Positions 8,294 through 18,318 of a stretch of DNA of 64,000 bases are shown here, one piece after another. Source of the DNA: Candidatus Omnitrophota bacterium (lineage in GTDB: Bacteria > Omnitrophota > Gorgyraeia > 2-01-FULL-45-10); NCBI GenBank assembly GCA_028715345.1, contig JAQUSB010000008.1:437-64436 (forward strand), in the 5' to 3' direction. The translations under genes were made by a program, and so were the position numbers. The notes beneath the pieces were generated by a model, which was not told the DNA's origin, searched no databases, and saw nothing but the letters and a program-made list of their open reading frames with translations. Within the stretch, counting starts at the first letter, position 1. The number at the start of each line of letters is the position of its first letter.

Positions 8294-9294
8294 AAAAAGG
8301 CGCTGCCAGGGTCGGGATAGATATAGGTTCCTCCTCTATAAAGCTCGTCCAGGTTTCGAGCTCCGGCGAGAAACCGGAACTGTCCGCCATAGGCCTTAAG
8401 AGCGTTGCCGGTGTTTCCTCCGCCGCGTTTTCCGATACTCTGAAATTGCTTGCGGACGAGTCGCGCGTATCCTGCAAGGACGCCTGCATCTCCATTTCGG
8501 GCCCGTCCGTTATCGTCAGGTTCATTTCTCTGCCGAAGATGGACGAGGCCGCCCTGAAAGGGGCTATAAGATATGAAGCCGAAAAATTCATCCCTTACAA
8601 TATCAGCGAGTGCGTTGTCGATTTCCAGACCCTGAGGAAAGACGACAAGGAAAATAAACTGAACATCCTGCTCGTGGCGGCAAAAAAAGACGTAGTCCAG
8701 GGACGGATAAAATTGGCCGAAAAGGCGGGGTTCTCGGTATCCGTTGTGGACGTCGACAGCTTTGCCGTTGCCAATGCTTTCCTCGGTAATCATCCGAAAA
8801 CGGAACCGGACAAATCGTACGCCATTCTGAATGTCGGAGGGTCCTTTACCAACCTGAGCATACTCAAAGAGGGGTCGATATTTTTTGCGCGCGATATTGC
8901 GGTAGGCGGGAACAATTTTACGGCGGCGATAGCGAAAAGATTTGCCGTCGACCAAAAGGCGGCGGAAGAGATAAAGCTGCATCCCCCCGAAGGGAAGGGC
9001 GATGAAGTTGCCGATTGCGCGAAGATCGCGTTCAGCGATCTTTTGGACGAAATAAAACTGTCTTTCGGTTATTACGAGAACCAGGCCGGCAAAGGTATAG
9101 ACGAGATATATCTATCCGGCGGAAGCGCGGCAATGCCCGGCATAGAACAGATCTTCGAGGAGGCTTTCGGGTCCAAGCCTGTAAGCTGGAATGCGCTGGA
9201 ATTTTTGGGCAAAAGCGCGCCGACGATCGATCCTAAACTTGCAGGCGCGATGAACGGATCTTTTGCGGTGGCTGTAGGCCTGGCTTTGAGATAG
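8290..9294 (+). CDS. pilM: Type IV pilus assembly protein PilM (actin-like ATPase fold)
   Basis: ATGA overlap with pilin 2. N-terminus RVGIDIGSSSIKLVQV (PilM/FtsA-like phosphate-1 motif), 334 aa, followed by pilNOPQ. Confidence 0.85.
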   Translation: MKKGAARVGIDIGSSSIKLVQVSSSGEKPELSAIGLKSVAGVSSAAFSDTLKLLADESRVSCKDACISISGPSVIVRFISLPKMDEAALKGAIRYEAEKFIPYNISECVVDFQTLRKDDKENKLNILLVAAKKDVVQGRIKLAEKAGFSVSVVDVDSFAVANAFLGNHPKTEPDKSYAILNVGGSFTNLSILKEGSIFFARDIAVGGNNFTAAIAKRFAVDQKAAEEIKLHPPEGKGDEVADCAKIAFSDLLDEIKLSFGYYENQAGKGIDEIYLSGGSAAMPGIEQIFEEAFGSKPVSWNALEFLGKSAPTIDPKLAGAMNGSFAVAVGLALR

Positions 9295-9302
9295 GCGTAT
9301 AT

Positions 9303-9983
9303 ATGATAACTATAAACCTTTTACCTCCGGAACTAAAAAAAGAAGAATCTTCTTTTAAGAAGATAAATTTTGATTTCAAAGGTAAGGAAAAACTTTTTAG
9401 GGACATAGCCGCGGCGGCTCTTATAGTTCTTGTCTCCGTACATGTGCTCTTATTTTTCATAGGCTTAAGCAGTAAGGCGGCCGTTAAGGCCAGGTCGCAA
9501 AAGCTCGTGAAGCTTGCGCCCGGAAAGAAAGAGTATGATGCGCTGAAAAACGAAGCGCTTATCGCCAACAGGAAAGCTTCCGCGATAGACACGCTGATGG
9601 CCAACCGTTTCAGCTGGGCGCAAAAGCTCAATTCCTTAAGCGATTCCATGATCCAGGGCATATGGCTTACGGGCTTATCGTATGACGAGAAGCAGACCGA
9701 AGTTTCCGTCCAGGTGACTACCGCCGCGGCGGCGAACGGTAAAAAAGAGCTATCCAGGATCGAGAAGAAGAAGCTGAATTTACGGTACTTAAGTATTTCC
9801 GGCTACGCGTCGAGCATGGGCGAGCAGGGGGCCGCGCTCGTCGGAAAATTTATCGCAAGCATGAAAGACAATCCGGCCTTCTTCTCGGACCTCGCGGACA
9901 TAAGGCTCGAATCTATAAAGACGGAGAAGATGTTCGATCAGGAAGTCATGAGTTTTAAGATAATATGTCTGTTCAAAAAATAA
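9303..9983 (+). CDS. pilN: PilN
   Basis: N-terminal INLLPPELKK motif, a single TM helix, and position after pilM. Confidence 0.75.
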   Translation: MITINLLPPELKKEESSFKKINFDFKGKEKLFRDIAAAALIVLVSVHVLLFFIGLSSKAAVKARSQKLVKLAPGKKEYDALKNEALIANRKASAIDTLMANRFSWAQKLNSLSDSMIQGIWLTGLSYDEKQTEVSVQVTTAAAANGKKELSRIEKKKLNLRYLSISGYASSMGEQGAALVGKFIASMKDNPAFFSDLADIRLESIKTEKMFDQEVMSFKIICLFKK

Positions 9984-9999
9984 AAGGCATCCGGATATA

Positions 10000-10572
10000 A
10001 TGAAAATTTTCGGCTTGGATCTTAGCAATAAAAAGAACGCGATGGCCCTCGGAGTGGGAGCGGGCGCCGTAGTATTGTATGCCTACCTGAATTTTTTGCT
10101 CTTCCCGCAAGTATCGAGGGTTGCCAGAGCTTTCGGTAAGGCAGGCAAGCTTGCCGCGGAGCTGAAAAATACGGAACGCGATGTTTCCGGAATAGGCGGG
10201 CTGAAAAAACAGGTTGCGGTATATCGCGACAAGATCGACAGCTACGAAAGCATACTTCCCGCCGAGCAGGAGATCCCGAAGCTGCTCGAAGGGCTTTCCG
10301 AAATGGCAAAAAAGGCGAATGTCAAGATAGTGGCCATAACGCCCATCCAGACCAAACAGGAACCGCAGGCGAACCAGGCTTATCAGGAGATGCCGATCCT
10401 TATAAATGCCCGATCTGGCTATCATGAGCTTGGCAGGTTCCTGAACAGCCTCGAGAACACCGATAGGTTCATGAAAGTCGTTGACATAAGTATTAAGGAA
10501 AATAAGGCTACTCCGAAGAAGCATGACGTGGAGATCCTGGTCCTGACATATATGTTATTGGAGAACAAGTAG
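10000..10572 (+). CDS. pilO: PilO
   Basis: Single N-terminal TM helix, coiled-coil region, about 190 aa, conserved position in the pilMNOPQ operon. Confidence 0.7.
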   Translation: MKIFGLDLSNKKNAMALGVGAGAVVLYAYLNFLLFPQVSRVARAFGKAGKLAAELKNTERDVSGIGGLKKQVAVYRDKIDSYESILPAEQEIPKLLEGLSEMAKKANVKIVAITPIQTKQEPQANQAYQEMPILINARSGYHELGRFLNSLENTDRFMKVVDISIKENKATPKKHDVEILVLTYMLLENK

Positions 10573-10573
10573 C

Positions 10574-10951
10574 GTGAAAAAAAAGATATTTTTTGCCGTT
10601 CTGGTCCTTATGTCGGCCGCCATCGCAGGCCTTTTAACGGCGGAGCAGTTCAAATACGATGCGCGCGGGAAACGGGATCCTTTTGTTCCCCTGATAGGAC
10701 AGGACAAGTCGTCTGCCGGTTCCATGCCGTTGGCGGAAATATCCTCGATCGACGAGATAGTCCTCGAAGGTATCGCGGGAGAGGCTGCCGGCAAGCGGAC
10801 CGCGATAATGAACGGCGAGCTGGTAAAAGAGAATTCCAGATACGGCGATATAGTGGTCAAAAAAATAACGAAGGATTCGGTGTTGATCACCGTGAGCGGT
10901 AAAGAGTATACTGTTAACTTGCCTGAAGAGGGAGGGCGGAAGAGTGAATAA
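10574..10951 (+). CDS. pilP: PilP-like pilus assembly lipoprotein
   Basis: Signal peptide, conserved RDPF motif (GKRDPFVPL), 125 aa, located between pilO and pilQ. Confidence 0.55.
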   Translation: MKKKIFFAVLVLMSAAIAGLLTAEQFKYDARGKRDPFVPLIGQDKSSAGSMPLAEISSIDEIVLEGIAGEAAGKRTAIMNGELVKENSRYGDIVVKKITKDSVLITVSGKEYTVNLPEEGGRKSE

Positions 10952-12533
10952 AAAGATCGCCATATTACTTATCATGTTCTTTATTTCGTTCTGCGCAGGG
11001 GCTGTCGCGTTCTCGCAGGACCAGAAGTCCGCGCCTGCTGCCGGGAAAGAGGCTGCGGTGTCGGATCAGGATACCGAGCCGGCCCAGCCTGTCGAGGAGG
11101 CTAGCGCGCCTGCCGAGAAGGTCGTGCCTGTAGATCCCGGCAATGTAACGGTCAATTTCAAAGGCGCCGATATCAGGACGGTCCTCGCGTATATATCGGA
11201 AGTTTCCGGCGTCGACATCGTTCCCTCCCCCGACGTAAAAGGCCTTGTGGACCTGAAGCTGACGAACAAACCGTGGAAGGTGGCTCTCGACGTGATATTG
11301 AGGAATTACGGGTTCGCTTATGAGCGCGAAGGCGACATCATACGAGTCCTGACCGTGAGCCAGCTGAAGCAGGAGGAGCTCGCGTCCCAGGCGTTCAACC
11401 TGAACTACAGTAAATGTAAAGACGTGGTCGACTCCATAAAGAATATCGTCAGCGAAAAGGGAAAGGTCACGGCCAACGAAAGGACGAACACGGTCATAGT
11501 CACCGACATACCGACCAACCTTTATAAGATAAGCCAGATAATAGCGCGGCTCGATAAGCGGACGCCGCAGGTCCTGATCGAAGCCAGGGTCATAGAAACG
11601 GTCCTGGGCGACGATGAGAAGATGGGCATCAACTGGGGCGTAAAGATAAGCGCCGCCGGAGCGAAGAGGCCCATCACGTTCCCGTTCTCGCAATTTGCCC
11701 TGGGCAATAAATGGCTGCCGCAGGTATTGACATCGAGCCCGCAGACGGCTGAAAGCGGAGGCTTCAGCACCGCCACTACTACGGCGGCGGAGTTCCCGAA
11801 CAACGCTACTGGCGTGTCCGCGTTCCCTTTCGCGGAGACCGACCAGTTCACTTTCGGCACGCTCGATTTCACAGGCCTTACGGCAGTGCTGGAGATGCTG
11901 AAAGAGAGGGCTAATACGGATATCGTTTCCAATCCGAGGATCGCCACCCTTAATAATCGCGAGGCGCTGATCAATGTCGGCCAGACCCTCAACCTCCCGA
12001 CGTACGAGAGAAATTCCTCGACCGGAAAAATGGAGATAACCGGGTACCAGGCCAAAGACCTGGGCATAATATTGAAGGTCACCCCTCATATAAATGACGT
12101 GAATGAGATAGTGGTCGACATCGAGCCGCAGATAACGGACCTCCTGCGGTATGACACGCTGGACGCGGCCAGCGGCGTTGTGGCGCCGGTATTTTCCGCG
12201 CGTATCGCCAGGACGCAGGTCATGATAAATAACGGGCAGACGATATTCATAGGCGGGCTGATAAAAGAGAACGACGTCAATTTTAAACATAAGCTGCCGA
12301 TAATAGGGGACATCTTCGAAGATGTGCCGGTACTGGGGCTTTTGACCTCGAAGAAAGAGATCTCGAAGCAGAAGACCGAGCTCATATTTTTCATAACCGT
12401 CAATCTTATGACGGCAGACAAAGTGATAGAGAGCTCGCCCAAGGCCGATGAGATATACAAGCCTTCGTATACTATGATAAAACCTCCGGAACCCGCCGGG
12501 GCAAAAGGAAAGAAAAATAAGTACAAACGTTAA
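10944..12533 (+). CDS. pilQ: Type IV pilus secretin PilQ
   Basis: GTG start. Signal peptide, N-terminal secretin/STN-like domain (VNFKGADIRTVLAYISEVSGVDIV), C-terminal secretin signature LPIIGDIFEDVPVLGLL. Confidence 0.85.
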   Translation: MNKKIAILLIMFFISFCAGAVAFSQDQKSAPAAGKEAAVSDQDTEPAQPVEEASAPAEKVVPVDPGNVTVNFKGADIRTVLAYISEVSGVDIVPSPDVKGLVDLKLTNKPWKVALDVILRNYGFAYEREGDIIRVLTVSQLKQEELASQAFNLNYSKCKDVVDSIKNIVSEKGKVTANERTNTVIVTDIPTNLYKISQIIARLDKRTPQVLIEARVIETVLGDDEKMGINWGVKISAAGAKRPITFPFSQFALGNKWLPQVLTSSPQTAESGGFSTATTTAAEFPNNATGVSAFPFAETDQFTFGTLDFTGLTAVLEMLKERANTDIVSNPRIATLNNREALINVGQTLNLPTYERNSSTGKMEITGYQAKDLGIILKVTPHINDVNEIVVDIEPQITDLLRYDTLDAASGVVAPVFSARIARTQVMINNGQTIFIGGLIKENDVNFKHKLPIIGDIFEDVPVLGLLTSKKEISKQKTELIFFITVNLMTADKVIESSPKADEIYKPSYTMIKPPEPAGAKGKKNKYKR

Positions 12534-12546
12534 GATAACATTTCAG

Positions 12547-12572
12547 AAAACCGCCAATATGCGGTTTATTTC
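12547..12572 (+). terminator. Hairpin plus T-rich tract after pilQ
   Basis: aaaaccgc-caatat-gcggttt followed by atttcg. The stem contains the ATG of the next small ORF. Confidence 0.45.
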
Positions 12573-12819
12573 GCACCTGGATCTTGTACGGCTGTTTCAA
12601 AGGGCTTTACGCAGAGCCTGCCTTCCCGTAACTATCACTAAAGGATTCAGCCCCCGGCTGAAGATGAGCATAACCAGGGCGTTGAAATTGGGCGTAGCGA
12701 GTGACCGGGAAGAGGCTGTCATATGCCTCGACGAACCCGTAGATGCGGAAAAATTCATAAAACTTATTAACGAACAGTTGCCGGAAGGAGTCAAGGTTAC
12801 CGGCATGGGAGACAACTAA
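12559..12819 (+). CDS. DUF2344/TIGR03936-like (radical-SAM-associated) small protein, shorter than the family norm
   Basis: FISHLDLVRLFQRALRRACLP...GFSPRLKMS matches the SHLDL...GFNPRPK signature of DUF2344 proteins that commonly sit upstream of rng. It is only 86 aa, so possibly a truncated remnant. Confidence 0.4.
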   Translation: MRFISHLDLVRLFQRALRRACLPVTITKGFSPRLKMSITRALKLGVASDREEAVICLDEPVDAEKFIKLINEQLPEGVKVTGMGDN

Positions 12820-12821
12820 TA

Positions 12822-14327
12822 ATGCAGAGAGATATATTCATAAACATAGCGCAGCATGAGAAGCGGGTAGCGATACTGGAAAATAAGCGCATCGAGGAAT
12901 TTTACGTCGAGCGCCCGGATTATGTGAACCTTGTGGGCAATATATATAAAGGCAAGGTCGAGTCGGTCCTGCCGGGCATGGGCGCGGCTTTCGTGAACCT
13001 GGGGCTTGAGAAGAACGGCTTTCTTTACGTGGCGGATGTGGTGACAGGGATGGCGAGTTATGAGAAGCTGATAGAAGAGGGCGCCGACGAAGAGATAGAG
13101 AAGATGGAGAAGCAGAAGCCTCTGCCGTCGATATCGGAGCTCCTGAAAAAGGGCGATGAGGTAGTTGTCCAGGTAGTGAAAGAACCTATAGGCACAAAAG
13201 GGGCGAGGCTCACTACCCATATAAGTATCCCGGGCAGGTTCCTCGTCCTTATGCCGTTCGATAATCACATCGGCCTTTCCAAAAGGATAGAGTCGAGGCA
13301 GGAGCGCGATAGGATACGTAAGATAATGGAAGAGCTGAAACTTCCGAAGGATATGGGTTTCATAGTCAGGACGGCGGCTATCGGCGCTTCCCAGAAGGAT
13401 TTCTTCAGGGAATCACGGTATTTATTGAACCTGTGGCAGCAGATAAAAGCGAAGGTGAGGAGGGTGAAGGCCCCGCAGCTCATACACCAGGAATACGACC
13501 TCGTCTTGAGAGTCGCCAGGGATATATTTACCAGCGATGTATCTAAGTTCGAAATAGATTCGCGCGGCGATTTTAAAAGAGTGTCGAGGTTTTTGCGCAT
13601 ACTGGCTCCGCACTTGCGTCCGAGGCTGAAGCTTCACACCGACAGGGTCCCGATGTTCGAGAAATTCGACATAGAGAAACAGGTGAGCAAGATATACGAC
13701 AGGATAGTACAGCTGAAGTCGGGCGGCTACCTTATATTCGACCAGACGGAATCGCTCGTTGCCATAGATGTGAATTCGGGGAAATTTGTGGGCAAGCGTA
13801 ATCTCGAAGACACGGCTTTCAAGACAAATGTCGAGGCCGCCGAAGAGATACCGAGGCAGCTGAAACTGCGCGACCTGGGCGGCATCATCATCATAGATTT
13901 CATCGATATGGAGTATGCCGATCACAGAAGGACGATATTTAAAACGCTGGAGCGCCACCTTGAAGGCGATAAGGCGAAGACCAAGATACTCAATATATCG
14001 AGCATAGGGCTGGTGGAGATGACCAGACAGAGGATGAGGAAGTCGATCGAGGGTAAGAGCTACCAGAAATGTCCGTATTGCAACGGCCGTGGCATCGTGA
14101 AATCCGTCTCTACCGTATCGCTTGAACTCATGCGCAAGCTGGAGCAAGCGCTCATGGGGACGCGATCGCGCGATGTTTTCGTTTCCCTCCACCCCGAGGT
14201 GGCGTATTTCGTATCGGCCCCCGGGCGTAACATGATAAAGCCGCTTGAGCGCAGGTTCAGGAAGAATATACGCGTGATAGAGGACCCTAACCTCCATGTT
14301 GAAGACATAAAAGTAGAGCAAAAATGA
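12822..14327 (+). CDS. rng: Ribonuclease G/E family endoribonuclease (Rng-like)
   Basis: S1 domain followed by the RNase E/G catalytic core, 501 aa. Confidence 0.85.
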   Translation: MQRDIFINIAQHEKRVAILENKRIEEFYVERPDYVNLVGNIYKGKVESVLPGMGAAFVNLGLEKNGFLYVADVVTGMASYEKLIEEGADEEIEKMEKQKPLPSISELLKKGDEVVVQVVKEPIGTKGARLTTHISIPGRFLVLMPFDNHIGLSKRIESRQERDRIRKIMEELKLPKDMGFIVRTAAIGASQKDFFRESRYLLNLWQQIKAKVRRVKAPQLIHQEYDLVLRVARDIFTSDVSKFEIDSRGDFKRVSRFLRILAPHLRPRLKLHTDRVPMFEKFDIEKQVSKIYDRIVQLKSGGYLIFDQTESLVAIDVNSGKFVGKRNLEDTAFKTNVEAAEEIPRQLKLRDLGGIIIIDFIDMEYADHRRTIFKTLERHLEGDKAKTKILNISSIGLVEMTRQRMRKSIEGKSYQKCPYCNGRGIVKSVSTVSLELMRKLEQALMGTRSRDVFVSLHPEVAYFVSAPGRNMIKPLERRFRKNIRVIEDPNLHVEDIKVEQK

Positions 14328-14352
14328 GGCTTTAGGCCTTTTTTAGAATAGC

Positions 14353-14381
14353 TTGACGGCAAAACCGGCTTATGATATAGT
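14353..14381 (+). promoter_or_regulatory. Sigma70-like promoter for rplU-rpmA-obg (TTGACG-17-TATAGT)
   Basis: ttgacg at 14353-14358, 17-nt spacer, tatagt at 14376-14381, followed by RBS gggggt and ATG at 14411. Confidence 0.5.
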
Positions 14382-14410
14382 AATCTTTCTTAAATTAAGG
14401 GGGTATTTAA

Positions 14411-14731
14411 ATGTACGCGGTAATCGAAACAGGCGGTAAACAATACAAAGTCGCAAAGAACGATATAATTCTCGTCGAGAAACTTAAGGCCAAGGCCGGC
14501 GGCGAGGTTAAAATATCCAGCGTTCTTCTGGCTAAAGACGGCAACTCTGTCCATGTGGGTAATCCATATATCAAAGGTGCGCACGTAATATGCGAGTCGT
14601 TGGGGCAGACGAGGATGGGTAAGGTAGTGGCCTTCAAGTATAAAAAGCGCAAGAGCGAGAAGAAGAAGATAGGCCACAGGCAGGATGTAACGAAACTGAA
14701 AGTAAAAGAAATAGAGATAGCGAAGGGATAA
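14411..14731 (+). CDS. rplU: 50S ribosomal protein L21
   Basis: MYAVIETGGKQYKV N-terminus, 106 aa. Confidence 0.9.
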   Translation: MYAVIETGGKQYKVAKNDIILVEKLKAKAGGEVKISSVLLAKDGNSVHVGNPYIKGAHVICESLGQTRMGKVVAFKYKKRKSEKKKIGHRQDVTKLKVKEIEIAKG

Positions 14732-14734
14732 ATC

Positions 14735-14965
14735 ATGGCACACGTAGTCAACGGCAGAGACGGACAGCCTAAGAACCTGGGAGTGAAACGTTATAACGAC
14801 CAGATCGTCAAGGCCGGAAATATCATATTGAGGCAGAGAGGGCTGCAGTTCAGGCCGGGTCGCAATGTAGGGACCGGCAGGAACCATACTCTTTTCGCAT
14901 TGGTCGACGGCAAGGTGCGGTTCGCGCCAAACAAGGTTGTCAGCATAATACAGACCACCAAGTAA
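14735..14965 (+). CDS. rpmA: 50S ribosomal protein L27
   Basis: [20 protein letters not shown]..., 76 aa; stop overlaps the obg start (TAATG). Confidence 0.9.
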   Translation: MAHVVNGRDGQPKNLGVKRYNDQIVKAGNIILRQRGLQFRPGRNVGTGRNHTLFALVDGKVRFAPNKVVSIIQTTK

Positions 14966-15927
14966 TGTTCATAGACGAAGCCAGGATATTCGTTAAGGCC
15001 GGCGACGGCGGCGACGGCTGCAACAGTTTGTACCGCGACCGGGTCAACCGGTTCGGTACGCCTGACGGCGGGCCGGGCGGAAACGGCGGCAGCATAATAT
15101 TCGAGGCCGACTGTAACGTCCACACCTTACTAGACTTCCAATATCGTCAGCACTTCAAGGCAGATCCGGGCTCTCACGGCAGTTCTAACCATAAAAAGGG
15201 CCTCTGGGGCAAAGACCTTCACATAAAAGTTCCTGTAGGCACGATCATAAGAGACGCCGAGAACGGCCTCCTGATGCGCGACCTTGCTTGCGCAGGCGAC
15301 AGTGTAGTGATCGCCAAAGGCGGCCAGGGCGGGCGCGGAAATTCGCGCGGCCGCGAGGCGCTTAAAGGGGCGCGCGGCGAAGAGAAGACCGTTACTCTCG
15401 AACTGAAACTGATAGCAGACGTCGGGATCATCGGTTATCCGAATTCCGGCAAATCCACTTTGATCTCGAAGATATCGAGCGCCAGGCCTAAGATAGCGAG
15501 CTACCCTTTTACCACGAAAGAGCCGGTCCTTGGCATGGTCAGGATACATGACGATTTCAGTGTCCTCGTCGCCGATATACCCGGCCTGATAGAAGGCGCG
15601 CACGAAGGGCGCGGGCTCGGCCATAAATTTTTACGGCACGTCGAACGGACGAAGGTCCTCCTGCATTTGATCGACATAGCCGCGACGGATTGCAGGGACC
15701 CTTATAAAGATTACACGACGCTTAATAGAGAATTGACGAAATATTCGAAGGAATTGGCGAAGAAGCCGCAGATCGTGGTTTTGAACAAGATCGACTGCCC
15801 GCAGTCGGAAGAGAACCTTAAGGCATTCAGGAAAAAGATGAAGGCGAAAAAGTTCCTTAAGATATCGGCGCTTACGGGCGAAGGGTTAAAAGAGCTGGTC
15901 CGGGCGATCGGGAAAAAAGTAAAATAG
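14965..15927 (+). CDS. obg: GTPase Obg/CgtA
   Basis: Obg fold N-terminus [19 protein letters not shown] followed by G-domain motifs GYPNSGKST, DIPG, NKID. Confidence 0.9.
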   Translation: MFIDEARIFVKAGDGGDGCNSLYRDRVNRFGTPDGGPGGNGGSIIFEADCNVHTLLDFQYRQHFKADPGSHGSSNHKKGLWGKDLHIKVPVGTIIRDAENGLLMRDLACAGDSVVIAKGGQGGRGNSRGREALKGARGEEKTVTLELKLIADVGIIGYPNSGKSTLISKISSARPKIASYPFTTKEPVLGMVRIHDDFSVLVADIPGLIEGAHEGRGLGHKFLRHVERTKVLLHLIDIAATDCRDPYKDYTTLNRELTKYSKELAKKPQIVVLNKIDCPQSEENLKAFRKKMKAKKFLKISALTGEGLKELVRAIGKKVK

Positions 15928-15965
15928 GTCACCCTTAAGGGTGACCTGGAAATGCGAATAACTTT

Positions 15966-17057
15966 ATGAAAAAATATAAACGTGTAGTGGTAAAGATAGG
16001 CACAAAGGTCATTACGGCCAAAGACAGGGCGCTCGACACCGATCGTATGAAGTCCCTGGTCTCGCAGATGGCCGGCCTTATGAACAGCGGGACCGAAGTC
16101 ATACTCGTGACATCAGGCGCTATCGGGGCGGGGATGTCGCTTCTCGGTATGAAGAAGCGGCCGGTCGAACTGGCATCGCTCCAGGCCGCGGCTGCCGTCG
16201 GGCAGAACAGGCTCATGCAGCTCTACAGCGAATTCTTCAGGCCTTTCAAACTGCACGTAGGGCAGGTACTGCTCACCCAGGAAGATTTTAACGACAGGTC
16301 GAGGTACCTGAATATAAAGCATACTATAAATGCTTTGATAAAACATAAGTCGGTGCCGGTAATAAATGAGAACGATACCGTAGCTACGGAAGAGATAAAG
16401 TGCGGCGATAACGACAGGCTCTCGAGCCTCGTGGCCGATATCTGCCAGGCGGACCTTCTGGTCCTGCTCACGGACGTGGAAGGATTGCTCGACGAAAAAG
16501 GCAGGGTCATAAGGGAGGTCTCTAAGATAACTCCTCAGATAATGAAACTGTGCGGGAAGAGCCATTGCGATCTCGGGACCGGCGGCATGGTAACGAAGAT
16601 AGAGGCGTCGAGGACCGCTACCCGCGCCGGGATCGATTGCGTCATAGCCAACGGCAAAGAAAAAGATATCATAGAAAAGATCGTTCTTGGCCCGGAAGCT
16701 GCCGGGACGATCTTCAGGGGCGGCAAAGGCGGGATCCTCGCCAGAAAGCGATGGATCGCTTTTTCGTCCAAGGCCAAAGGGGCCGTCCTGGTCGACAGCG
16801 GCGCGGAAGTCGCGCTTCGCCAGAAGAACAAGAGTCTCCTCGCTTCAGGCATCATCGGGGTCACCGGAAATTTCCGATCAGGCGATGTGGTAAGCGTCGC
16901 CGGTAAGATGGGGAATGAAATAGCAAAGGGAGTTGCCAATTATTCCAGCCATGACCTCGTAAAGATAAAAGGGCTGAAGACGAGCGCCTTCAAGGACGTT
17001 TTAGGCGCCGCGGGACCCGACGAAGTTATCCATAAAGACAATCTGGTGATATTATGA
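15966..17057 (+). CDS. proB: Glutamate 5-kinase with PUA domain
   Basis: VVKIGTKVIT N-terminus, amino-acid kinase fold, C-terminal PUA domain. Confidence 0.9.
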   Translation: MKKYKRVVVKIGTKVITAKDRALDTDRMKSLVSQMAGLMNSGTEVILVTSGAIGAGMSLLGMKKRPVELASLQAAAAVGQNRLMQLYSEFFRPFKLHVGQVLLTQEDFNDRSRYLNIKHTINALIKHKSVPVINENDTVATEEIKCGDNDRLSSLVADICQADLLVLLTDVEGLLDEKGRVIREVSKITPQIMKLCGKSHCDLGTGGMVTKIEASRTATRAGIDCVIANGKEKDIIEKIVLGPEAAGTIFRGGKGGILARKRWIAFSSKAKGAVLVDSGAEVALRQKNKSLLASGIIGVTGNFRSGDVVSVAGKMGNEIAKGVANYSSHDLVKIKGLKTSAFKDVLGAAGPDEVIHKDNLVIL

Positions 17058-18307
17058 AAAATAAAATTATAGATGCGCTCGCCGCCAAAGCTAAAGCCGC
17101 GTCGCGCGAACTCGCCCTTGTAGATACGAGGACGAAAAACAGGGCGCTTACCGCTATGGCCGGGGCGTTAAAAAGAAATAGGGCGCGTATCATCGGCGAA
17201 AACAAAAAAGACGTATCGGCGGCAAAAAAGAAAGGGATGCCGGCGGCTCTTATCGATAGGCTTACGCTTGATCAAAAGAGGGTGAACGCTATGGCCGATT
17301 CTCTTTTGCATATAGCGAAGCTGAAAGACCCCGTCGGAGAGGTCATCGGAACCACAACACGGCCGAATGGCTTATTGATAAAGAAGGTCCGGGTGCCGAT
17401 AGGTTCGGTCCTCATAATTTACGAATCGAGGCCCAATGTTACCAGCGACTGCATAGGCTTATGCCTGAAATCTTCGAACGCCGTTATTTTGCGCGGGGGC
17501 AGCGAAGCGTTCAATTCGAACATAGCGATATTCGATATATTGAACAAAGAAGCCTTAAGGCACAATATTCCCGCCGGGGCCATATCCATCGTGAAAAATA
17601 CCGACCGTAAAATGATAGACGCGCTTTTGAATAAGGAAGGCGTGATCGATCTCGTCATACCCAGGGGCGGCGAATCCCTTATCAGGGAAGTCTCGAAGAA
17701 GTCGCGCATACCCGTTATACGCCATTATAAAGGGGTGTGCCACACTTACGTAGATGCGGCAGCCGATCTCTCTATGGCCGAGGATATATGTTTTAACGCG
17801 AAAGTCCAGAGGCCGGGCGTCTGCAATGCTATGGAAACTTTGCTCGTGGACAAAAAGATAGCCGGAAAGTTTTTACCTTCTATGATACGCCGTTTCAAGA
17901 AGGCCGGCGTGGAAATACGCGGTTCCGCCGCCGTAAAAAAGATCGTAAAAGATATTAAAACGGCTTCGGAAAAAGATTGGTACACCGAATATCTGGGCCT
18001 CGTCCTTTCGGTAAAAATAGTGGACGGCGTCGATGAAGCGATAGCTCATATAATGAAATACGGGTCGTACCATTCGGACGCGATCGTAACCAAAAATAAG
18101 AAGAACGCGGAGAGATTCTTAAGCGAAGTCGATTCCGCATGCGTTTATGTCAATGCCTCGACCCGTTTTACGGACGGAGGACAGTTCGGCAAAGGCGCCG
18201 AGATGGGCATATCTACGGACAAGATACACGCCAGGGGACCGATGGGGCTGGAGGAATTGACATCATATAAATATGTAGTCTACGGTAACGGGCAGGTCAG
18301 AAAGTGA
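17054..18307 (+). CDS. proA: Gamma-glutamyl phosphate reductase
   Basis: ALDH-superfamily fold with ProA signatures; 4-nt overlap with proB. Confidence 0.9.
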   Translation: MKNKIIDALAAKAKAASRELALVDTRTKNRALTAMAGALKRNRARIIGENKKDVSAAKKKGMPAALIDRLTLDQKRVNAMADSLLHIAKLKDPVGEVIGTTTRPNGLLIKKVRVPIGSVLIIYESRPNVTSDCIGLCLKSSNAVILRGGSEAFNSNIAIFDILNKEALRHNIPAGAISIVKNTDRKMIDALLNKEGVIDLVIPRGGESLIREVSKKSRIPVIRHYKGVCHTYVDAAADLSMAEDICFNAKVQRPGVCNAMETLLVDKKIAGKFLPSMIRRFKKAGVEIRGSAAVKKIVKDIKTASEKDWYTEYLGLVLSVKIVDGVDEAIAHIMKYGSYHSDAIVTKNKKNAERFLSEVDSACVYVNASTRFTDGGQFGKGAEMGISTDKIHARGPMGLEELTSYKYVVYGNGQVRK

Positions 18308-18318
18308 GGATCTTTTAA

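Noticed and set aside
10965-12290. Long minus-strand ORFs antisense to pilQ, rng, the HD-GYP gene, polA/glgA and others (10965-12290, 13422-14321, 49093-50148 and 62546-63859)
   Set aside because: They lie fully inside strong plus-strand genes with clear family signatures. Their translations are Arg/Pro/Gly-rich and low-complexity with no recognisable motifs, which is the typical antisense frame of a coding region.
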